From positions 85,638 to 149,637 of the forward strand of contig JBQLZK010000009.1 of NCBI GenBank assembly GCA_052168235.1: a stretch of 64,000 nt of DNA, read 5' to 3'. The translations under genes were made by a program, and so were the position numbers. The DNA comes from Thainema sp. GTDB lineage: Bacteria > Cyanobacteriota > Cyanobacteriia > Phormidesmidales > Phormidesmidaceae. The notes under the pieces were generated by a model. That model saw only the letters and a list, made by a program, of their open reading frames with translations. It ran no database searches and had not been told where the DNA came from. This document shows positions 40,991 to 50,634 of the stretch, in pieces (within the stretch, counting starts at the first letter, position 1; every line of letters starts with the position of its first letter).

Positions 40991-43636
40991 ATGAGGGTGG
41001 ATTTCTCTCGACCGGGGCAAGCAGCAGAAATTTGGCAGAATCTTCAGATTGAAACGAACTGGGAGCATTATGGTCGCCCTTCAGGTCAGAGATTCTTAGG
41101 TAGCATTCGGATACCTAGGCAGAACTCAGAACAACCACCCGACTCAGAACAACTGCTTGATATTGCAGCTCAAAATCTAGGTCGCGTTAGCTCCTTAACA
41201 TTTAACCGCTTGTGTGAAAGGTTTAATGTTTATGATCCTCAGAGATATTGGATTCGGATTGTTACTCTGGCATTGTCTGAATATGCATACTACGGCGAAG
41301 GCGAGGCCGGTTTTTGGCAAGGAGTATGCGATCGCCTAAAGTTACAAAATACTCAGGGCACTCAAAATGCGTTACGAGAGGTAGTCCGACAAGGAAGCGA
41401 TTTGCTTGGGCTAAGAGTTATTAAAGACAAACGAAATGAAGGAGTTCGCTGCGTCTCCACTTTGTGTTTACAAAGTGGAATTCCTCAGCAGAATATCAGC
41501 CATTTTGCAGCATTATTAGAAGAGCTCGCTCGGCAATATGACTGGTGGGATATTGCCCATGCTGAACCAGAAGATCTATCCCAGTTGCTGTATGAATTTT
41601 GTCAGCAGAATCACCCCCAGTGGGGAAAGTTGCTCACGTTTCTTAAAAGCAGTTGTACGGATAGTGATGAGGAAGCTGAACCAGTCTCAGGAGAGCTTCT
41701 TCAGGGACTTGCGGTTGTTACCCAAGCTTTGGAAAGACAGGGATTAGAGCCAGCAGTTTTGCAAGATGCCCATCAACGAGAGCAGCGGCTACAAAATTTT
41801 TGCTTGCCCAATACGTTTTTTCTCCGCAGTTGGGATAACTTAATCCAAGTTCTGACACTACAGGAAGGGAGGTCAAGTTATCGACGAAAAATTATCAGTT
41901 TGCGGAAGAAGCCCCTCCTACTTATGCTGGATGTTGCTGATTCAATGGATATTCAGCTTGTTTTATCTGCTCAAATGCTTTGGCAGTCCGACTGGCGAAA
42001 CTGGCGGGGAACCTTTGCTCAGATCCAGGAGTACCCTTGGGAAACAACGTTACCGATAGATGGAGCCTTGGAGATTCCAGAACTGACATTGCCAATTTGC
42101 AATATAGCGCAGGATTGGGTCTGGCACTTACGATCGCATACTGGTGCATTGCTCGTTGAATGGCGTTGCCAAGGTGTTAATCAGGACTTTCCTGTTTTAA
42201 TCTTTGATGCTTGGACAGGCGATCGCTTAGTTCTTTCCCATGAATTGACGGGAAAAACTGAGATTATTTGCTTCTACGATAGAACAATTCAGTTAAGGAT
42301 GTCAGATGGGATTGAACTGATTGATAGCTTTGTGCCTTGCAGTATTTCAGGTTGGCGAGGACAGCAACTACAACTTATCAGCGAGAAAGCTCAACTCACA
42401 ATTGGCTCTGCTCAATCCACACAGGTAATTGATTGGGATAACTCTCAAACAAACTATCCCAAACTGAGGGGAATCAAACTAAAGCTTAAAGAAACGACTT
42501 ATCTAGAAATACCCTCGATATGGTATCCGCCCATCACGCTGCCCAAGACACTCAACATTCAAATCGAGGATATTGAGAGCCGCCAAATACTGACCGCATC
42601 AAATGAGCAACTGTCCTTGTTGGCTAGCTCAGATTGGCAGCAGATTCAATTATCACAGTGGATTACTCAGAGCAGCGTCTATGTTGTAAAACTGTGGTCT
42701 GGGAGTGAACACTGGTCTGAAAAGTTTGAATTGCAGTCCACTTTCACGCTAGATCAGTCTAACCCAATTCCTTCTATCCAAGTTTGCGATCGCACCGATT
42801 GCCCTATTGAAACTCCACGGCAAATCTCTTCAAGCAGTAAATTCTGGTTAGAAGAGTTAACATTACAAAATTTATGGCCCTTGGAAGAAGTAAGTTTCCT
42901 ACTATCGAACGGACAGGAAAATTATAATTTTGTCAGGCAAGCCAATATATCTGGCGTTTTGCCTCTTAATTTAGCAGCACTGCGCGATGTCTTATCTGAA
43001 TCAGATTGGTATTGTTTGAGCTATCAACGATTGGGGGAAGAACGCTGTGACTTGCTTAAAATATCTACCGCGCAGTCAGTAAACTGCACATGGACGCAAC
43101 AAGCAATTCATCTATCAGGATTACGTTCAGAGCAATCTTATACGTTATCTCTCTGGAATCTTTTACGTCCAGATCAACCATTACTTAGCTTCAATCTTGA
43201 GGAGAATCGAGAGTATTGCACAGCTCCTCTACAAGATTGGTTGTCCGGTACTTTTGGGATTTTCCATGTTGAGTTGGGAGACTCGACAGTCTCTCGTCAG
43301 AGCTTAGGATGGTGGTCGAACATTCAGGAAATCAAAAATTTTATATTGCCTGATGAGCTTTTTAATGATTACTGCCTCAATATTATTAACAATGAATGTC
43401 ATGAGGATTTCCGTAGATTTTGTGCGAACATCATTCCATCTATTGATCGCGATCAGATCAGAAGAGCGATCCAAGACTTAAGCTCAGAAAATCTTGACGG
43501 ATTTATACCAGGCGGAATTGATCGGGAAATATTGATAGTAAAAACACTGTTTTTTTTGCCCGAGACGGATTCAGAATATGTGCCTATAATTCAAAAAATA
43601 TTAACCTTTTTCCCATCATTAAAAGAAAGAGTCTAA
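40991..43636 (+). CDS. Large hypothetical protein (881 aa), first gene of a helicase defence-like operon
   Basis: N-terminal YAYY...FWQGVCDRL...QSGIP and a Trp-rich, beta-like C-terminal half; 7 bp from the next gene. Confidence 0.75.
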   Translation: MRVDFSRPGQAAEIWQNLQIETNWEHYGRPSGQRFLGSIRIPRQNSEQPPDSEQLLDIAAQNLGRVSSLTFNRLCERFNVYDPQRYWIRIVTLALSEYAYYGEGEAGFWQGVCDRLKLQNTQGTQNALREVVRQGSDLLGLRVIKDKRNEGVRCVSTLCLQSGIPQQNISHFAALLEELARQYDWWDIAHAEPEDLSQLLYEFCQQNHPQWGKLLTFLKSSCTDSDEEAEPVSGELLQGLAVVTQALERQGLEPAVLQDAHQREQRLQNFCLPNTFFLRSWDNLIQVLTLQEGRSSYRRKIISLRKKPLLLMLDVADSMDIQLVLSAQMLWQSDWRNWRGTFAQIQEYPWETTLPIDGALEIPELTLPICNIAQDWVWHLRSHTGALLVEWRCQGVNQDFPVLIFDAWTGDRLVLSHELTGKTEIICFYDRTIQLRMSDGIELIDSFVPCSISGWRGQQLQLISEKAQLTIGSAQSTQVIDWDNSQTNYPKLRGIKLKLKETTYLEIPSIWYPPITLPKTLNIQIEDIESRQILTASNEQLSLLASSDWQQIQLSQWITQSSVYVVKLWSGSEHWSEKFELQSTFTLDQSNPIPSIQVCDRTDCPIETPRQISSSSKFWLEELTLQNLWPLEEVSFLLSNGQENYNFVRQANISGVLPLNLAALRDVLSESDWYCLSYQRLGEERCDLLKISTAQSVNCTWTQQAIHLSGLRSEQSYTLSLWNLLRPDQPLLSFNLEENREYCTAPLQDWLSGTFGIFHVELGDSTVSRQSLGWWSNIQEIKNFILPDELFNDYCLNIINNECHEDFRRFCANIIPSIDRDQIRRAIQDLSSENLDGFIPGGIDREILIVKTLFFLPETDSEYVPIIQKILTFFPSLKERV

Positions 43637-43643
43637 TAAAGTA

Positions 43644-44564
43644 ATGTATACAGACCTGATCATTCAAATTCTCTACAATCACCGACAACCTCATGATCTA
43701 AGGCATCCAAAAGCGCTGAAAATTCGAACAATTAAAAATTTAGTTGAACATAGTTGCTCCCCCAACCATACTGTTACTTCTGAACAAATCAAAGAAGACT
43801 TGCAAGAGTTGCAAGCTCGGCGTGAGGTTTTAGCAGGTACAGGGAACCAATTTTGTATAGCTCCTCCAGTAATTTTGGTAGAGGATGAGAAGAATCTTGT
43901 AGGAGTTTTATTTAAGGGCGATCTCGCGTACCTAAAATTAGCTCATCAAGCCTTAGAAACGGGTCAACCGATTACCACAAATCCACTTCGCCCTAAAATT
44001 CATGGCTTTCACCGGATCAAAGAGCGCCTGAAAAATCATGGGATTCGCCTGTTGACAGTCACGGATAGTGTCGAGCATCTTCCTCAGCCCAAAAAGCCCG
44101 AACTCCATCTACTTTCTGGAGCAGAGTGGCATGAAGATCCATTTCAGTGCTGGTCAACATCAGGCTTGATTCAAGTCTATCGCCCAACATCTCAGTGGCA
44201 GAATCAAGGGGAACGATGGCAACACATCACCCAGACTGATGTCACGGGTAATTCTCTCCTCAAACTATCTACAGGGGAATATCTCTGGTTTGCAGCAGAT
44301 CAGTTTTATGAGTTATCGCCTGATGCCGCAAGTTTAGCCATGTTCTGGCTAGATAAACAAGCAAGCTTGCCATTGCTGGTTGAGTACGATGAGGTACCTG
44401 GTCGCTTGAACTTGCAAGGAACTATTCTGCCTAGTTCCTACGCTCAATGGCTTTGGCGACTTTCTAAGCCCGATCCCGATCAACCACGAACACGGCTATT
44501 TGAGCTAACTCAACGTGCGATCGTTCGCCAAGCCTTAACTCAATTGGGTTGTTCCCTTGTTTAG
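43644..44564 (+). CDS. Hypothetical protein (306 aa) in the helicase operon
   Basis: Tightly linked ORF; possible N-terminal winged helix. Confidence 0.75.
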   Translation: MYTDLIIQILYNHRQPHDLRHPKALKIRTIKNLVEHSCSPNHTVTSEQIKEDLQELQARREVLAGTGNQFCIAPPVILVEDEKNLVGVLFKGDLAYLKLAHQALETGQPITTNPLRPKIHGFHRIKERLKNHGIRLLTVTDSVEHLPQPKKPELHLLSGAEWHEDPFQCWSTSGLIQVYRPTSQWQNQGERWQHITQTDVTGNSLLKLSTGEYLWFAADQFYELSPDAASLAMFWLDKQASLPLLVEYDEVPGRLNLQGTILPSSYAQWLWRLSKPDPDQPRTRLFELTQRAIVRQALTQLGCSLV

Positions 44565-44594
44565 TTATTCTCTGCTTCTCCCTCTAGTACCATC

Positions 44595-47500
44595 ATGTCC
44601 TACTATCTTGATCCAATTGATGCCGCTAACCAGCCTCGTAAGAGTCTGATTCGTTATTTACTGACAGCCTACCCTTTGCGAGATCCACATCTGCGGTATG
44701 GATTTAAGCAATTGCTAGAGGAGCCAGGGGCGATCGCTCAAGATCCCTATCTGGAAGGAGCGCAACCCTATAAAACGGGAAAAACCATTGGCGAGTTGGT
44801 AGAGGAGGGGATATTACATCCGGAAATGTTGCGCCTGTTCAATCCTGAACGCTTGCCTGAACGCTTGTTATACAAACATCAGGAAGATGCCATTCGATCG
44901 GTAGTTCAGCAAAAGGAAAATATTGTTGTTGCTACGGGGACGGGTTCTGGAAAGACGGAATGCTTTTTGATCCCCATGATAGATCACCTATTAAAGCATC
45001 TAGAGGTAGGCGTTCAGGCGCTGATTCTATATCCGATGAATGCTCTGGTGAATGATCAGGTGAAGCGGCTACGTCAGTTACTCTGTCGGCAGGAAAACGA
45101 TCAGGAACTGATTCGGTTTGGATTTTATACCAGCCGCACGGAAACTGATCCAAAAGATGCCAGGGAAGCATTGAAGGCAGAGCTAGCCGCCAGCAATCGC
45201 CAGGAGTTGTGGCAACTGTTTACGGCGCAACAACGGCAGGGGCGTAACTTTAGCCGTTCTGAAGATTTAGTTGATGCGGCAGTTGAACAAGTGATGCGGG
45301 TACAAGCAATTTCACGACAAGAAATCTGGGACAACCCGCCACACATTCTTGTCACTAACTACTCCATGCTGGAGCATATGCTAATCCGTCCACGAGAGCG
45401 GGAATCTATTTTTGCCACTGCTCACTACTTTAAGCTTCTAGTCGTGGATGAAGCCCACTCCTACAGCGGCTCTACTGGAACAGAAGTCTCTATGCTGATC
45501 AAGCGATTTAAGTCGGCAATGGGAATAGAGAAAGCAGGGCAAATCCAAGGGATTGCCACCAGTGCAACTCTGGGTAATCGCAACGATCCTAACGTTGATA
45601 ATCAGGTGACTGACTTTGCTGGGGATCTATTCAGTGAACCCTTTCATCAAGTGATTTGGGGTAATCGAGTCAGTGATGATCGGTTAGGCAGCGCTTATGC
45701 ACTGCCAGAGGGAGTGGCAGAATCAGATATTTACGAATATTTTTACGATCTAGACTTACCATCTCTGAACGCTCCTCTAGTGCAATGGCAAGAGCAACTC
45801 AGCTATCTTGTTCCGCACTCGATTCTAGAAAATGCAGCGAGTAAAGCTCAGAATGCAGCGAGTGAAGCTCAGGATGTTATTCATTGCTTCCTATGGTTTG
45901 CTCTATACCAGCATCCAACAATTCACCGTTTGATTGAATGCCTCAGTCAAGCTCCTCAGCCCTGGCATGAGCTAGCGTCCCAGCTATGGACCTTGGATGA
46001 AGCGATTCCGCCTGAAGAAGATGAAAAGCTAGAGACTGCACTTTCCCACCTGGTGCAGTTAGGCACTCTGGCAAGACAAAGCCGGGATGAGTTGCCGTTA
46101 TTGCCTGTTAGATTACATCTGCTGTTTCGCAGTATTGAGGGGTTATACGCTTGCATCAACTCCCAATGCCCCGAAGCTTGCCATCATCCTGATTTCCCAG
46201 ATCGCCTTCATCGTTATGGAAAGTTATATCTCAGTAATAAGACAGATTGCGATTGCTGTGGTGCGCCCGTAATAGAGCTAGCCAGTTGCCGCAAATGTGG
46301 GCAGGCTTATGGATTAACCTATTTAGGAGAGGGTAACGAACTACAATCGTTACCTCGCTCTCTGGAAGCAGTTGAAAATAGTCAATCAATTTATGTCTTA
46401 ACAGCCGGGGCGTTAGATAGCATCACGAATGATGAGTGTGACGACATTGAAGTTGATGACGATACAGAGCAATCAACGGCAACGAATTTAGGCAGTTTCC
46501 TAATTCACAAAGGAAGTGGCATTAGCGGTTGGTTCGGTAAAAAATCAGGAAATCTCCCTGATCTTTCACCTACTGAATCTTTTTCTGACTGGACACTCCA
46601 CTGGCATCGTCCACCGAAAGCACAAAATCTCCAAGGAGGATACTTGAATCAGTGTCCTGCCTGTGGGGCAAGGCGATCGCGGTCTCCTGCAATTGGGCGC
46701 TTTGTGTCTTATACAGATGCGCCGCTAGAAGTCATGCTGGATAGCCTGTTTGAACTTTTGCCTGACCCTGAACAAACCTCAACCCGATATACAAAACGTA
46801 AACTCCTCACCTTCTCAGATGGTCGTCAGGACGCAGCGTTTTTCGCATCAGACTTTCAACGTACCCATACCGAAACCCTCTATCGGCAACTCGTCTGGAA
46901 AGCGTTTCAAGAAGTGAAAAATGAACAGGATATAGCATCTGTTGGGCGAGTCGAGACTAGACTAAAGGAAATGCTTTTTGAGGAATACTCAATTCCTCAT
47001 CCTGATCGTAATCCTAAAGTTCATCATCAAAGCTATATTCCTGATGATCCTCAGGAAGAGCACCCTCCCGATCATGAACAAGACTGTGAAGACCGTGCCA
47101 CAGCTAGAGCAAAAGAACTTTTACTCAGAGAGTTTGGCTTACCTTCTGCAAGAAGATTCTCGATTGAATCACTAGGGTTACTAGCCTGCCATATTGATTG
47201 GGCTGCAAAGCGGAGATATGATTTTGTATCTCAAATGGCAAGCCATTTTCAAATTAGTGAGACTGAAGCTCAAATTTTTCTGACTGGACTAACAGACATG
47301 ATTCGCTTGTCTGGCATTGTGGATGTTCAAGATCCATCAGACTACTTCCCTGAAGTTGGGGGAATAGGGGCACGCCCAAGTATCCTACAGAAAAAGCGTA
47401 TCAAGAAATATTTGAAGTTACAAAAAGAAAAGTCTGATTCTTCAGACTCTGTTTCTCTATGTTGGTACAAAATTGAAGTTGAGCAAGGTTCAACAACGTT

Positions 47501-49973
47501 CTCAAGAATAATTAAAAACTCAATTTATCGCTACTTTGAAACATTCTTTAGTCCAGCATCTTTAGAAGAGAATAAATCTGATTTACTTTGGCTATATGAC
47601 CATATCTTAAAACCTACTGTCTTCTCGAAGCATAGAGAAGGTTATCAACTAAATTGGAGACTTCTGAATATCTGTGAAACCCCAAAAGATTGGTATCAGT
47701 GCAATACCTGTCAGCAAATTTTCCATGTTCCTAGACTCTCAGAAGTAATAGGACAATCTGAATTAGGTGTTGATCATTGTTTGGCTCCTCAATGTAACGG
47801 AAGCTTACAGCCATTTGACCCCGAAACACTTGCCGATCATCACTATCGCCATCTGATTTGTGAGCGAAGTATTCTACCGCTGCGATCGCAGGAACATACA
47901 GCGCAGTTGGGCACAGAAGAATTAGCCAACCGAGAAAATCGATTTCGCCAGGGAAGAATTAATCTGCTCAGTTGTTCAACCACGCTGGAAATGGGGGTAG
48001 ACATTGGTGAGCTACAGGCGGTTGCGCTGCGTAACTTTCCACCCCATGTAAGTAACTATCAGCAACGAGCCGGACGAGCTGGACGACGAACAGACGGAGT
48101 TGCAGTCACACTAATGTATGGACAACGTCGTCCCCACGATCGCTACTACTTTAAGCAACCCATTCAACTAATCAATGGCAAAAATCAAGTTCCTAGACTT
48201 GATCCAAGCAATTTTGAGATTCAGAAACGCCACATTCGAGCCGAACTCCTCGCTGAATTTCTTCGCACTGAATATGGTAGAGGAGCCGAGAAGGTCATCA
48301 TGGCTGACTTTTTAGGATTGCCTTCTACCTTTAGTCCGATGTCTCAAGTTGCTGCTGAATCAATTTTTATGAAATTTACTGAGTGGCTACATGGGCAACA
48401 GGCAGTGACTTGTACTCAGCAATGGCTACGTCGATTCAACAGTCAACAACCCGTTGATTTTGTACTTCAGCAGTTTAAAGCAGATTTGCAGGGTTCCAAA
48501 GATGAACAGTTGAAAGATTGGAATGGATTGTCGGAGCTTTTACAAAATCTAAAACAAGCAGTGCGTGATGCAGAAGATGCCAATGATAGTAAGAAGCAAC
48601 AAGCGTTGGAATATAAACGAGATCGCATTCGAGAAGAACTAGAAAAAATCCAAAAGCGTCAACTCCATGAAGAACTGGCAAAAGCCAGCATACTTCCGAT
48701 CTATGGCTTCCCAATCGATGTGGTGCAATTGCTCACCATAGACAGTAAAAAAGACGGTAAACAATTTTTCCAGGGACAGGGGAAACATCGACTCCAGCGC
48801 GATCGCCGTCTTGCATTAGGAGAGTATGCCCCCGGACAAGAGGTCGTTGTTGATGATAGAGTTCACACCAGTGTTGGCGTACTGCGTCCCGATGACTTGC
48901 CAAATCGCTTCTACTGGGTTTGCCGGTCTTGTAACTTCTTCATGTCAGCCAGTACCGATACCGAACTGCTAAATCGCTTAGGGATTGCTGACGGCGATCC
49001 GAAATGCCCTGTTTGTCAAGCGAAACCTTCAGCTAGTGAACAAAAGCCGCGTTTATACAAAATTCCCAAGGCTTTTACAACGGATTGGGGAGAACGACCC
49101 AAAGTCACCCCCTACAGCAAGCCTATGCGTCAGCCGACCTCTCAGGTATTTTTAGCCCAGGAGGGTGATAATGCTGAGCCTCAATCCTCTGAGTTCTTCG
49201 AGTTAATCGTTAGCCAGGGCGGGCAGTTTTTCTTATCTAATCAGGGGCCTTTGGAAGAGGGGCGAGGGTTTAAGAATCGAGGATTTGCTATCTGTCAACG
49301 ATGTGGGCGTGACCTAAGTGAAGAAGCCCGTCGTAATCAGCGTAATCGTAGCCGTCAGCCCAAAAACTCGACTCAAAATTCTCGACAAATCAGTCATACC
49401 CATCCAATTACAGGAAGTATCTGCGAAGGGTGGTATGAACATACCCATCTGGGTCACGAATTTCGCAGCGATCTTTTAAAAATCCGTTTTGCCGCCGCCG
49501 CTAACCCACCCAATTTATTTGGATCAGTGATTCATTTAGATGGAGGACGAGAAATCCATTCTGATACAGATTCGGATGTTGAGCAAGCAAATACACCATC
49601 CAGTGGAGCAGCATTCTGGCGATCTTTGACCTATGCGCTCCTGGCTGCGGCTGCTCAAATTATTGACGTTCCTCGTTCTGAACTTGATGGACTATTTCGT
49701 CCTTTAGAAGAAAGCAACGCAGAAACGGCAGAAATTATCATTTACGACAATGTCCCTGGAGGAGCAGGTTATAGCAAGTGCATTGCTAATCACTTCTCAG
49801 AAATCTTGCAGCGAGCCTATCAATTAATTGAATCTTGTAGCTGTGGCAGCAGTTGCTACGACTGCTTGAGAACCTACACAAACCAAATCTTTCATCACGA
49901 ACTTGATCGGCAGTTAGTCTCAAAATTTCTCAGCCCCATCGTGGAGCGGCTAAAAACCGACAAATTGCCTTAA
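44595..49973 (+). CDS. SF2 DEAH-box helicase with Zn-ribbons and C-terminal DUF1998 (DruE/MrfA-like)
   Basis: ATGTGSGKT, YPMNAL, DEAH, SAT, TTLEMGVDIG and QRAGRAGRR motifs; several CxxC pairs; YDNVPGGAGY...CSCGSSCYDCL. Confidence 0.92.
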   Translation: MSYYLDPIDAANQPRKSLIRYLLTAYPLRDPHLRYGFKQLLEEPGAIAQDPYLEGAQPYKTGKTIGELVEEGILHPEMLRLFNPERLPERLLYKHQEDAIRSVVQQKENIVVATGTGSGKTECFLIPMIDHLLKHLEVGVQALILYPMNALVNDQVKRLRQLLCRQENDQELIRFGFYTSRTETDPKDAREALKAELAASNRQELWQLFTAQQRQGRNFSRSEDLVDAAVEQVMRVQAISRQEIWDNPPHILVTNYSMLEHMLIRPRERESIFATAHYFKLLVVDEAHSYSGSTGTEVSMLIKRFKSAMGIEKAGQIQGIATSATLGNRNDPNVDNQVTDFAGDLFSEPFHQVIWGNRVSDDRLGSAYALPEGVAESDIYEYFYDLDLPSLNAPLVQWQEQLSYLVPHSILENAASKAQNAASEAQDVIHCFLWFALYQHPTIHRLIECLSQAPQPWHELASQLWTLDEAIPPEEDEKLETALSHLVQLGTLARQSRDELPLLPVRLHLLFRSIEGLYACINSQCPEACHHPDFPDRLHRYGKLYLSNKTDCDCCGAPVIELASCRKCGQAYGLTYLGEGNELQSLPRSLEAVENSQSIYVLTAGALDSITNDECDDIEVDDDTEQSTATNLGSFLIHKGSGISGWFGKKSGNLPDLSPTESFSDWTLHWHRPPKAQNLQGGYLNQCPACGARRSRSPAIGRFVSYTDAPLEVMLDSLFELLPDPEQTSTRYTKRKLLTFSDGRQDAAFFASDFQRTHTETLYRQLVWKAFQEVKNEQDIASVGRVETRLKEMLFEEYSIPHPDRNPKVHHQSYIPDDPQEEHPPDHEQDCEDRATARAKELLLREFGLPSARRFSIESLGLLACHIDWAAKRRYDFVSQMASHFQISETEAQIFLTGLTDMIRLSGIVDVQDPSDYFPEVGGIGARPSILQKKRIKKYLKLQKEKSDSSDSVSLCWYKIEVEQGSTTFSRIIKNSIYRYFETFFSPASLEENKSDLLWLYDHILKPTVFSKHREGYQLNWRLLNICETPKDWYQCNTCQQIFHVPRLSEVIGQSELGVDHCLAPQCNGSLQPFDPETLADHHYRHLICERSILPLRSQEHTAQLGTEELANRENRFRQGRINLLSCSTTLEMGVDIGELQAVALRNFPPHVSNYQQRAGRAGRRTDGVAVTLMYGQRRPHDRYYFKQPIQLINGKNQVPRLDPSNFEIQKRHIRAELLAEFLRTEYGRGAEKVIMADFLGLPSTFSPMSQVAAESIFMKFTEWLHGQQAVTCTQQWLRRFNSQQPVDFVLQQFKADLQGSKDEQLKDWNGLSELLQNLKQAVRDAEDANDSKKQQALEYKRDRIREELEKIQKRQLHEELAKASILPIYGFPIDVVQLLTIDSKKDGKQFFQGQGKHRLQRDRRLALGEYAPGQEVVVDDRVHTSVGVLRPDDLPNRFYWVCRSCNFFMSASTDTELLNRLGIADGDPKCPVCQAKPSASEQKPRLYKIPKAFTTDWGERPKVTPYSKPMRQPTSQVFLAQEGDNAEPQSSEFFELIVSQGGQFFLSNQGPLEEGRGFKNRGFAICQRCGRDLSEEARRNQRNRSRQPKNSTQNSRQISHTHPITGSICEGWYEHTHLGHEFRSDLLKIRFAAAANPPNLFGSVIHLDGGREIHSDTDSDVEQANTPSSGAAFWRSLTYALLAAAAQIIDVPRSELDGLFRPLEESNAETAEIIIYDNVPGGAGYSKCIANHFSEILQRAYQLIESCSCGSSCYDCLRTYTNQIFHHELDRQLVSKFLSPIVERLKTDKLP

Positions 49974-50091
49974 TCCTTTGCACCAGATACAAATCGGGGG
50001 GCAAATGTTATTAGACGACAATGGAGAGCGAAAAAAGTGGGGGAGCGCTGAAATGGATTAGCTTAGCCCGTGCAGGCGATAGCATAGGACG

Positions 50092-50280
50092 ATGAACCCA
50101 ACCCCCAGTGCCTGCTGTCTATCAGCTCAAAGTTGTTCTCCTGGACATCAGCCCAATGATTTGGCGACGCTTGCTCGTGAGTGGCGACAGTACAACTACT
50201 AACCTGCACTACATTCTATAAATCGTCATGGGCTGGAGCGATGTCCACCTGAACCGATTCTCATTCACGGGAAGTCATAA
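50092..50280 (+). pseudogene. Plasmid pRiA4b ORF-3 family remnant
   Basis: VYQLKVVLLDISPMIWRRLLV...LHYIL*IVMGWSDVHLNRF, with an internal stop and a frameshift. Confidence 0.75.
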
Positions 50281-50462
50281 CTTTGGAGCCTCAATGGGTC
50301 AGGTGAGTTTGGCCACGCCGGAATTTGATGAGCTTCATTCGACTGAAGCAGTTGGTGAACTCGACTCGAACTCAATCCCATGACAGCCGCAATTTTGCGA
50401 ATCCACAAGCCATTAAAATGGGCGGCTGCGATCTCCCGTAACAAATACGGCACCCGCCTCAA
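50265..50462 (-). pseudogene. HTH fragment, probably a mobile-element remnant
   Basis: IRKIAAVMGLSSSRVHQLL. Confidence 0.4.
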
Positions 50463-50634
50463 CCGCGCTCTGAATCAATGGTCAATAATAGAAATTGTGC
50501 GAGATTGCTCATTTTTCAAACACTAGGGCTTGTCTAAAATGACAAAGACTAAGCTAGGCGATCTTGATCACCATGAATAAGTACCCAGTGCTCAGAAATA
50601 AATAAATAGTTATAGATAACTGGAGAAGCAACTG

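Noticed and set aside
44595..49973. DISARM system
   Set aside because: No methyltransferase, DrmA-type partner or PLD gene is adjacent, and helicase and DUF1998 are fused in one very large protein.
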